Assembly (NCBI GenBank): GCA_964482515.1
Contig: CAYZXT010000001.1
Location: 102,403 to 166,402, forward strand
Length of the DNA stretch: 64,000 bases
Direction: 5' to 3'
Origin: an uncultured Elusimicrobia bacterium
GTDB taxonomy: Bacteria > Elusimicrobiota > Elusimicrobia > FEN-1173
The notes below the pieces were generated by a model. The model made no database searches. It saw only the letters and a program-made list of their open reading frames with translations, and was not told the origin of the DNA. Below, in pieces: positions 26,886 to 34,496 of this stretch (its first letter is position 1; the number at the start of each line of letters is the position of its first letter). The translations under genes and the position numbers were made by a program.

Positions 26886-27902
26886 ATGGACCTGAACATA
26901 TTCTGGTTTTTCACCCTCGGCGTCCTGCTCGCCGGTTACGCGATCCTCGACGGGTTCGATCTGGGCGTGGGGATCCTTCATCTCGCCGTCCGGAAGGACG
27001 AGGAGCGCCGGATCCTGCTCAATTCCATCGGACCGCTCTGGGACGGCAACGAAGTGTGGCTGGTGACCTTTGGCGGCGCGCTTTTCGCCGCGTTCCCGCA
27101 CGCCTACGCCACCGCTTTCTCGGGGTTCTACACGGCGTTCATGGTCCTGCTCTTCGCCCTGATCTTCCGCGCCGTGTCCATCGAGTTCCGCAGCAAGCGG
27201 GAGTCGAAGGCGTGGCGCGGTTTTTGGGACGCGGCTTTTTGCGGGGCCAGCGCCGTGGCGACGTTCCTCTTCGGCGTGGCGGTCGGGAACTCCATGCGCG
27301 GCCTGCCCATCGGCGCGGACCATGAGTTCGTCGGAAAATTTTTGGATTTGCTCAGCCCCTATTCGCTGCTCGTGGGCGTCTTCGCCGTGGCGACCTTCGC
27401 CATGCACGGGGCCATCTACCTTTACCTGAAGACCGAGGGAGATTTGCAAAGGCGCATCCACGGCTGGATCTGGCGTGCCTTCGGCTTATTCCTCGTGACC
27501 TATATCCTCACCACCATTTACACGTTGGTCGCCATGCCGGCCGCTGTGCGGAACTTCGAAGAGATCCCCGGGGCCTGGGCCGTGGTGTTGTTGAACGTGC
27601 TGGCCATCGCCAACATCCCGCGCGCCATCTTCCTGAACAAACCGCTCTACGCCTTCGTCTCGTCGTCCTGCACCATCGCCGCGCTGACGTTCCTTTTCGG
27701 CTTCGCGTTGTTCCCGAACCTGATCGTCTCCAGCCTCGACCCGGCCTGGAACCTGACCATCTACAACGCGGCCTCTTCGCAAAAGACCCTGGCCATCATG
27801 CGCATCATCGCGTTCCTGGGGATGCCCTTCGTTTTGTCGTACACCGCCATCATCTATTGGATCTTCCGGGGGAAAGTCCAGCTCGGAAAGTTCAGTTATT
27901 AA
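26886..27902 (+). CDS. cydB: cytochrome bd-type quinol oxidase subunit II
   Basis: Starts 5 nt after cydA. AILDGFDLGVGIL and GPLWDGNEVWLV motifs; 338 aa. Confidence 0.9.
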   Translation: MDLNIFWFFTLGVLLAGYAILDGFDLGVGILHLAVRKDEERRILLNSIGPLWDGNEVWLVTFGGALFAAFPHAYATAFSGFYTAFMVLLFALIFRAVSIEFRSKRESKAWRGFWDAAFCGASAVATFLFGVAVGNSMRGLPIGADHEFVGKFLDLLSPYSLLVGVFAVATFAMHGAIYLYLKTEGDLQRRIHGWIWRAFGLFLVTYILTTIYTLVAMPAAVRNFEEIPGAWAVVLLNVLAIANIPRAIFLNKPLYAFVSSSCTIAALTFLFGFALFPNLIVSSLDPAWNLTIYNAASSQKTLAIMRIIAFLGMPFVLSYTAIIYWIFRGKVQLGKFSY

Positions 27903-27922
27903 GCACCCGTAAATTATTCTCA

Positions 27923-27987
27923 GTCGTCGCCCCGGCGTAGGCCGGGGCCCCATTTATTGATGGGATTCCGGCCTTCGCCGGAATGAC
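27923..27987. repeat. double-hairpin REP-like element, copy A
   Basis: gtcgtc-GCCCCGGC-gtag-GCCGGGGC ... ATTCCGGC-cttc-GCCGGAAT-gac. Same architecture as copies at 47129 and 55979. Confidence 0.7.
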
Positions 27988-28008
27988 AACAAAAATCGAG
28001 GGACAATC

Positions 28009-29676
28009 ATGGAAGCGTTAATGCAGTCGTTCGCGTTCAGCTCGGTCGCCCAGGCCGTGCTGGTCATCAGCCTCATTACGGCGCTCGGTCTGGCGTTGGG
28101 CAACGTGAAGGTGCTGGGCTTCAGCCTGGGCATCGCCGGCGTTCTGTTCATCGGGCTTCTCTTCGGGCATTTCAAGATCGCCATCAACGAGCACATCCTC
28201 GAGTTCGCCCGCGAGTTCGGGCTGATCCTCTTCGTCTACACCATCGGCCTGCAGGTCGGGCCGGGTTTCTTCTCCTCCTTGCGCAAGGAGGGCTTGCCTC
28301 TGAATATCATGGCTGCGGCGATCGTGATCCTCGGCGTGTTCATGACGTTGATGTTCGCGTCCGTGGGCCGCATCGACCTGCCCGCCGCCGTCGGCTTGTT
28401 TTCCGGCGCCACCACCAACACGCCGAGCCTGGCCGCGGCGCAGCAGGCGCTCAAAGACGTTCCCTGGCTGACGGAGGAGGCGCGGAAGCTGCCCGGCATG
28501 GGGTACGCCGTGGCCTATCCCTTCGGCATCATGGGCATCATTTTCACCATGCTGATGGTGCGGCGGTTCTTTAAAGTCGACGTGAAGAAGGAGCTTGAAG
28601 CTTTTACCAGTTCGAAGAAAAGCGCGGCCAACGTTTCCACGGTCAACCTGGAAGTGCAGAACCCCAACATCGCGGGGCTGCCGGTCCGGCAGATCCCGTC
28701 GATCAAGGAATCCAACGTGGTGATCTCGCGCTACATGCATGAAGGCGCGGTCGACGTCGTGCAGGCCGATACCCGGCTGGCCGTGGGCGACGTGATCCTG
28801 GTGGTCGGCGCGCCGGAAAGCCTCGAAAAGATGCGGCTGATCATCGGCAAAGTGAGCGACAGGGACTTGCGCACGGCGCCCAGCGAGCTTACCACGCGGC
28901 GCGTGATCGTGACCAAGAAGGACGTCTTGGGAAAGACCATCGCGGACCTGGACCTGGCGCGGCAGTTCGACGTGATCGTCACGCGCGTTGGACGCAGCGA
29001 AGTCCAGTTCATGGCCCACGCGGACCTGCAGCTCAAGTTCGCGGATACGCTTCTCCTCGTGGGCGAGCCGGCCGCCATCCAAAAGGCGTCGGACTTCCTG
29101 GGGAATTCCACCAAGGAACTGAACCATCCGCAGGCCATCCCCGTTTTCGTCGGGATCGCGCTCGGCGTCCTCGTGGGTTCCCTTCCCATCCATCTGCCCG
29201 GCATGCCGGCGCCGGTGAAGCTCGGTTTGGCGGGAGGGCCGCTCATCGTGGCCTTGGTGCTCAGCCGGATCGGCCGCGTCGGTCCTCTGGTCTGGTACAT
29301 GCCCATCAGCGCCAACTTCATGCTGCGGGAGCTCGGCATCTCCCTGTTCCTGGCCTGCGTCGGGTTGAAGGCGGGCGACAAGTTTTTTGAGATCCTCTTC
29401 CAGGGCCCGGGTTTTTATTGGATGGCCTGCGCCGCGGCGATCACGCTCGTGCCCCTGCTGATCGTCGCCCTGGTGGCGCGCGCCGTTTACAAAGTGAACT
29501 ACGTCTCGCTTTGCGGACTGCTGGCCGGCAGCATGACCGACCCGCCCGCGCTGGCCTTCGCCAACTCCATGGCGGGGTCGGACGCGCCGTCCATCTCCTA
29601 CGCGACGGTCTATCCGCTGACCATGCTGCTGCGGGTGCTCTTCGCCCAGGGGATGGTGCTGTTGTTCATGCGCTGA
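28009..29676 (+). CDS. YidE/YbjL (AspT/AAE) family transporter with two central RCK-C (TrkA-C) domains
   Basis: 555 aa with duplicated membrane halves (GLALGNVKVLGFSLGIAGVLFIGLLFGH; VKLGLAGGPLIVALVLSRIG). The soluble middle has the VGDVILVVG pattern. Confidence 0.85.
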   Translation: MEALMQSFAFSSVAQAVLVISLITALGLALGNVKVLGFSLGIAGVLFIGLLFGHFKIAINEHILEFAREFGLILFVYTIGLQVGPGFFSSLRKEGLPLNIMAAAIVILGVFMTLMFASVGRIDLPAAVGLFSGATTNTPSLAAAQQALKDVPWLTEEARKLPGMGYAVAYPFGIMGIIFTMLMVRRFFKVDVKKELEAFTSSKKSAANVSTVNLEVQNPNIAGLPVRQIPSIKESNVVISRYMHEGAVDVVQADTRLAVGDVILVVGAPESLEKMRLIIGKVSDRDLRTAPSELTTRRVIVTKKDVLGKTIADLDLARQFDVIVTRVGRSEVQFMAHADLQLKFADTLLLVGEPAAIQKASDFLGNSTKELNHPQAIPVFVGIALGVLVGSLPIHLPGMPAPVKLGLAGGPLIVALVLSRIGRVGPLVWYMPISANFMLRELGISLFLACVGLKAGDKFFEILFQGPGFYWMACAAAITLVPLLIVALVARAVYKVNYVSLCGLLAGSMTDPPALAFANSMAGSDAPSISYATVYPLTMLLRVLFAQGMVLLFMR

Positions 29677-29739
29677 ATTCGCCCCGAAAAAGCGGCCCGG
29701 ACGGATTTGCCGCGCTTGGAAAAATGATAATATAGCGGC

Positions 29740-30408
29740 ATGTCGCTGGAAACCAAGAAATTCCTCAGCACGATCACGCCCTTCAGCATCCTTCCCGACG
29801 TCGAACTCGACCGCCTGTCCCATTTCGTCTTCAAACGCACCGTCGAGCCCGGCGAAAAGGTCTTCGCGGAGGGGGACAAGGCCCATGTGACGTGGGTCGT
29901 GCAGACCGGGCAGATGAAGATAACGAAGATGGCCTTTGACGGCAAGCCGCTGACCGTGGAAATGATCCGGCCCGGGGAAGTCTTCGGCTGCGTCGGCTGC
30001 ATCGATTCCGGGTTTTATCCCTGCGAAGCCACGGCCTCCCTCACGGCCGTCGTGATCGGCATTCCGACCCAGGACTTCCTCTCCCTCGTCGAGCGCTATC
30101 CCAAGTTCGCCCGCGGCGTCTATATGGAAATGGGCGCGCGGGTGCGCGAGGCCCAGAACATGCGGACGCTGGCCCTGCATTCCGTCGAAAAGCGGATCGC
30201 CGGCGTGCTGCTGTGGCTTCGGGGGAAGTTCGGCGATACGCTGCCCTTCACGCGGCAGTCCATCGCCGAGATGGCGAACACGACGCCCGAATCCACGATC
30301 CGGACCATGATCCATCTCCGCAAGAAGGGCTACATCAAGACCGCCTGGAAAAAGATCATCCTGCAAAAGCCCGACGAGCTGAAAACCCTCCTCGAAGAAA
30401 TCCAATAG
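29740..30408 (+). CDS. Crp/Fnr family transcriptional regulator
   Basis: cNMP-binding-like beta-roll (GEKVFAEGDKA...) and a C-terminal HTH (TRQSIAEMANTTPESTIRTMIHLRKKGYI). No N-terminal Fnr Cys cluster. Confidence 0.85.
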   Translation: MSLETKKFLSTITPFSILPDVELDRLSHFVFKRTVEPGEKVFAEGDKAHVTWVVQTGQMKITKMAFDGKPLTVEMIRPGEVFGCVGCIDSGFYPCEATASLTAVVIGIPTQDFLSLVERYPKFARGVYMEMGARVREAQNMRTLALHSVEKRIAGVLLWLRGKFGDTLPFTRQSIAEMANTTPESTIRTMIHLRKKGYIKTAWKKIILQKPDELKTLLEEIQ

Positions 30409-30467
30409 AGCAATTATGACAGGCGTCATAGATAGGGCGCCGCCATCCGGGCTAGACTGTCGGCAGA

Positions 30468-30887
30468 ATGGCTCATCCAATATTCATTCAGTCGATGTTG
30501 AAAGAGCAGCGCGCGGCCTCGAACGCATGCCGCGTGTGGATCACTCCGCAACGCCCCAAGCACGAGAAGGCCTCCGACCATAACGTCTGGATGCCGGAGC
30601 TGGCTCCGGAAGAAGAGATCCTCAAGCTCTTAAAGTCGGGCAAGATGGCCTGGGCCGAGTTCGAGGCCTACTATCAGGCCCGGCTGGGCTCCGCGTCCTC
30701 CCAGGACGACCTTCGCGCGCTCGCCTGCCTTTCCCAGGACACCGCTTTGATGCTGATGTGCGGCTGCGCGGACACCACGCAGTGTTATCTTCCCGTGCTG
30801 GTCCACGTGATCCAGGAATACCGCGAGCGCAAGGACTTCAAACTCTCCCTCGGCGATTTCAACGATTGGCTGAAGCGCCAATGCTGA
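30468..30887 (+). CDS. DUF488-like protein
   Basis: RVWITPQRPK...VWMPELAPEEEILK...WAEFEAYYQARL...LMLMCGC follows the DUF488 pattern (tentative). The stop overlaps the next start (ATGCTGA). Confidence 0.55.
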   Translation: MAHPIFIQSMLKEQRAASNACRVWITPQRPKHEKASDHNVWMPELAPEEEILKLLKSGKMAWAEFEAYYQARLGSASSQDDLRALACLSQDTALMLMCGCADTTQCYLPVLVHVIQEYRERKDFKLSLGDFNDWLKRQC

Positions 30888-31972
30888 CCGCGCTGGCGCT
30901 GGACGCTTCCCCGCGGGCCAACGCGAAGGTCCGCCTCTTCTCCCGCCTCAAGATCGCGGACCTGCTCCAGGTGCCCGAGAACGAGATGGCCCGCGTCATC
31001 CGGGACCTGGAAAAAGACCCCGTCTTCAAAAAGTTTTTGGGCCTCGAGGGGAGTTCCTACCGCATCTTCCATCGCCAACGCTACGCCGGAACGCAGATCT
31101 CCGGACGCTTCTACGACCTGCAGGAAGACTTCCTGTCCTCGGAAGGACGGTTCGACGCCCAGGGGTTCCTGGCGAGCCGCTCCTCCGCCATCGCGCTGAT
31201 CCGGTCCATCGGGAAAACCGACTTCGAGCGATACTTCCTCTACCAGCAGGCCGGAGCCAGCCGGTCCGAAACCGCCGAGACACTGGGGATCACGCCGGCC
31301 CAGGTGGACGACGTTTTCGATTTCCTTTTGGAATTTTCCGTGCAGGCGGAGTTCATCCATCACAGTTCTTTGCGTACGGAAAACGCTTCCCGCCCGGTCT
31401 GCCTGGGCCGCATCGAGGGCAATGCGCTGGACGGATTTTCCCTGGCCTGCTTCCTGCCCCACATGGCGCGGGGGAAATACCGGATCGACTACGACGCCTG
31501 GAAGGAGCTGCGCGAGAGGGAAGCCCTGCCGCCGGAGGACATCAGGCGCGGTTCCCAGATCATCCAGGAAGTGGAGATGATCAACCTGCGCTCCGACAAT
31601 TTTCACCGCGCGTTCCAGGAATCCCTGCAGACCGCCCGCGCCTATCTGGCGACGGGCCGCCCGGAGAAGCAGCGGGTCCTGAGCCTGCGCGAAGCGTCAC
31701 GGCGGATCGGCGTTTCCTCCAGCACGGTCTGCCGCCTGGTGGCGGGGCGCAGCGTCATCCTGCCCTGGGGCGAGGAAGTCATGCTGTCCCGGCTGTTCCC
31801 TCAAAAAAAACAGGTGCTCTGCGAGATCCTCAAGAACCGCCAGGCGGAAATTTCCGAGGCCGGTGACGGCGACGTGCAGCGGTTCCTGTTGCGCGATTAT
31901 CAGCTCCGCGTGCCGCGCCGCACCGTCAATTATTGGCGCGGCCGGCTCCGCGGGAATGCGGGGGCGGCGTGA
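30881..31972 (+). CDS. short, divergent sigma-54 (RpoN)-like protein, 363 aa
   Basis: - C-terminal LSLREASRRIGVSSSTVCRLVAGRSVILPWGEEVMLSRLF matches the sigma-54 HTH region pattern.
- RVPRRTVNYWR resembles the RpoN box ARRTVAKYR.
- N-terminal LLQVPENEMARVIRDLEKDPVF resembles the LLQL...EL...NP.LE segment. Confidence 0.6.
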   Translation: MLTALALDASPRANAKVRLFSRLKIADLLQVPENEMARVIRDLEKDPVFKKFLGLEGSSYRIFHRQRYAGTQISGRFYDLQEDFLSSEGRFDAQGFLASRSSAIALIRSIGKTDFERYFLYQQAGASRSETAETLGITPAQVDDVFDFLLEFSVQAEFIHHSSLRTENASRPVCLGRIEGNALDGFSLACFLPHMARGKYRIDYDAWKELREREALPPEDIRRGSQIIQEVEMINLRSDNFHRAFQESLQTARAYLATGRPEKQRVLSLREASRRIGVSSSTVCRLVAGRSVILPWGEEVMLSRLFPQKKQVLCEILKNRQAEISEAGDGDVQRFLLRDYQLRVPRRTVNYWRGRLRGNAGAA

Positions 31973-32823
31973 AAAGGACATCGGACGGACTCGGCCGGCT
32001 CCTGGGGCAAAGCCCGGCGATGGCGGCCGCGTTCAAACTGATCAAGAAAGCCGCGCCGACGGAAGCGAACATCCTCCTTCAGGGCGAAACCGGCACGGGC
32101 AAGGAACTGGCGGCCCAGGCGCTGCACCTGCATTCGAACCGCGCGGCCGGGCCCTTCGTGCCCGTGGACTGCGCGAGCCTGCCCGAGAATTTGCTGGAAG
32201 CGGAGCTCTTCGGAAGGGAAAAAGGCGCCTACACCGACGCGCACCAGTCCCGGCCCGGCCTCCTCGAAGCGGCGGACGGGGGAACGCTTTTCCTCGACGA
32301 GATCGGCGACATGCCGCTGGCGCTTCAAACGAAGCTTCTGCGCGTGATCCAGGAGAGGCAGATCCGCCGGCTTGGGTCCAACCGGTTCCTTTCGCTGAAC
32401 GTGCGGGTCATCGCCGCGACCCACCGCAACCTCGAGGAGATGGCGGCCCAGAAGAAATTCCGCCAGGACCTCTATTACCGCCTCAACGTCATTTCGATCC
32501 CGCTCCCGCCGTTGCGCCACCGGGCCGGCGACGTCGACTTCCTGGCGCGGCATTTCCTCCAGCAATTCTCCAAGGCCTATGGCCGCGGCATCGACGGTTT
32601 CGACGATTCGGCCATTCGCCTTCTACGGTCTTACTCCTGGCCGGGCAACGTGCGGGAACTTCAGAACGCCGTGGAGCGCGCCGTGGCCCTCGCCGAGGAA
32701 CGCCTGATTCACCCCGATGATTTGCCGGAACAAATCCGCCGCCCCGTCCTGGAGGCGGGCCGGGTGGACGAAATGCTGGACCGCCTCTCTCCGCTGCGAA
32801 AAGAATTCAACAGCTCCCACTAA
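31969..32823 (+). CDS. sigma-54-interaction AAA+ domain protein (bEBP core only; no sensor and no DNA-binding domain)
   Basis: - Walker A GETGTGKE and Walker B TLFLDEIGDM.
- The GAFTGA position reads GAYTDA.
- FRQDLYYRLNV and WPGNVRELQN are present.
- GTG 31969 overlaps the upstream stop (GTGA); TTG 31933 is the listed alternative. Confidence 0.85.
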   Translation: MKRTSDGLGRLLGQSPAMAAAFKLIKKAAPTEANILLQGETGTGKELAAQALHLHSNRAAGPFVPVDCASLPENLLEAELFGREKGAYTDAHQSRPGLLEAADGGTLFLDEIGDMPLALQTKLLRVIQERQIRRLGSNRFLSLNVRVIAATHRNLEEMAAQKKFRQDLYYRLNVISIPLPPLRHRAGDVDFLARHFLQQFSKAYGRGIDGFDDSAIRLLRSYSWPGNVRELQNAVERAVALAEERLIHPDDLPEQIRRPVLEAGRVDEMLDRLSPLRKEFNSSH

Positions 32824-32889
32824 AAAAGATACCGACCCCGAAAACTGGGAAGTCCTTCGGCGACTTGCTATAATTTCCCAAGACCAGCC

Positions 32890-33348
32890 ATGAAAAAAAA
32901 TCAGAAACTACCGTTGGAACAGCCGGTGATTTTTCCCCAGATCGTCAACGACGGCCTGCAGGTCATCCTTTATTTTTCCTCGAACACGCTGGGGACGGTC
33001 TTCACATCGAAGGATCTGGCGCGCGGCGTGGAATTAAAGGGCAAGCGTCTGGGCGACGTCCTGCGCCTGCTGGTGAAAGCGAAGATGCTGGCGTCGCGCG
33101 GCGGCGGATACCTTTTGCGTCGCTCGCCGCACTCCCTGACGCTGTTCGACGCCGTGAACGTGTTGATGGGCGGGTTCACCCTCCGGCCCTGCCAGAGGAA
33201 TTCCCGCCTTTGCAGCCGCTCCCACGCCTGCGCCTTCCGACCGTTCTGGAACGAGATGCGCCGCGAGATGGAGCGCCGGATGTCCGGCCAGAACTTCGGC
33301 GCGCTGGCGCGGAACGGCTTCTGGAAAGGGGCCGTGCCGTGGCGATGA
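32890..33348 (+). CDS. Rrf2 (IscR/BadM-like) family transcriptional regulator
   Basis: Winged-helix region TSKDLARGVELKGKRLGDVLRLLVKAKMLASRGGGYLLRR and a Cys triad C-x6-C-x5-C (CQRNSRLCSRSHAC). Confidence 0.7.
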   Translation: MKKNQKLPLEQPVIFPQIVNDGLQVILYFSSNTLGTVFTSKDLARGVELKGKRLGDVLRLLVKAKMLASRGGGYLLRRSPHSLTLFDAVNVLMGGFTLRPCQRNSRLCSRSHACAFRPFWNEMRREMERRMSGQNFGALARNGFWKGAVPWR

Positions 33349-34490
33349 AAGAGATTTATTTCGACAACTCCGCCACCTCTTTTCCCAAACCCGCTTCGGT
33401 CGTCGGGAGCCTGGCGGAGTTCAACCGCCGCTACGGCGCCAGCGCCGGCCGCGGCGCCTACCGGCGGGCCGTGGCCACGGGGGAAATCCTCTCCGGTTGC
33501 CGGTCGGCCCTGGCGGACATGTTCCATGTCTCCGATCCGCGCCGCATCGTTTTCACCTTGAACGCTTCGGACGCGTTGAACCTCGCCATCCACGGTCTCC
33601 CCTGGCGGCCCGGCGACCGCGCCCTGGTGTCTCCCTTTGAACACAATTCCGTCCTGCGCCCGCTGCACGAGCTTCGCGACCGGCTCGATATCGGGATCGA
33701 CGTCATGCCGACGGATCCCGACGGCCGCGTCATCACCGATAAAATCAAAGCCCTCATCCGCTCGCGCACGCGGCTGGTGGCCTGCGTACACGTGTCCAAC
33801 GTGACCGGCGTCATCCAGCCGGTGGAAGAGGTGGGCCGTATCGTGCGCCCCTTCGGCATTACCTATTTAGTCGACGCCGCCCAGTCCGTCGGCGCCCTGC
33901 CGGTGGATGCGGTCAAGATGAGGGCGGACCTGTTGGCTTTCCCGGGGCACAAAGGATTGTTGGGCCCCCTGGGCACGGGCGGACTTTATATGCGGCCGGG
34001 GTTGGATTTGAATCCGTTGCGCGAAGGCGGCACGGGGAGTTCCTCCGAGCAGGAGCGGCAGCCGGATTTCCTGCCCGACCGTTACGAGCCGGGGAGCCAT
34101 AACGCTCCGGGGCTTTTGGGTTTGCTGCGCGGCGTGCAATACATTCAGAAGCGCGGCGTGAAGAACGTCCGCGCCCACGAACTGGAATTGTTGGGGGAAT
34201 TTTTGGAGGGCGTGAAAAAAATCCCAAGGTTGCGGCGGCACGGCCCGCGCCGGGCGAAGGACATGGCGGCGGTGGTGTCGTTTTCCTTCGAGCGCTGGAA
34301 ACCCCTGGAGGCGGCGCAACGGCTTTGGAAGAAGCACGGCCTCATGGTCCGGGCCGGGCTGCATTGCGCGCCCTGGGCCCACCGGACCATCGGGACGTTC
34401 CCCGTCGGGACGGTCCGCTTTTCCTTCGGGCCTTTCAATACCCGCGAACAGATCCGCCACGCCCTCAAAGCCCTCCGCGCCGTCGCGTAA
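33345..34490 (+). CDS. class V aminotransferase-fold PLP enzyme, cysteine desulfurase family
   Basis: The MKEIYFDNSATSFPKP start overlaps the Rrf2 stop (ATGA). PLP-Lys context FPGHKGL and active-site-type AGLHCAP near the C-terminus. Confidence 0.85.
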   Translation: MKEIYFDNSATSFPKPASVVGSLAEFNRRYGASAGRGAYRRAVATGEILSGCRSALADMFHVSDPRRIVFTLNASDALNLAIHGLPWRPGDRALVSPFEHNSVLRPLHELRDRLDIGIDVMPTDPDGRVITDKIKALIRSRTRLVACVHVSNVTGVIQPVEEVGRIVRPFGITYLVDAAQSVGALPVDAVKMRADLLAFPGHKGLLGPLGTGGLYMRPGLDLNPLREGGTGSSSEQERQPDFLPDRYEPGSHNAPGLLGLLRGVQYIQKRGVKNVRAHELELLGEFLEGVKKIPRLRRHGPRRAKDMAAVVSFSFERWKPLEAAQRLWKKHGLMVRAGLHCAPWAHRTIGTFPVGTVRFSFGPFNTREQIRHALKALRAVA

Positions 34491-34496
34491 CTTCCT

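Noticed and set aside
28018-30480. An 820-aa antisense ORF spanning the YidE/YbjL transporter and the Crp/Fnr gene.
   Set aside because: It crosses two well-supported + strand genes and their intergenic region. Its composition (R, G, D, H, P runs) shows the same GC-rich antisense artefact.
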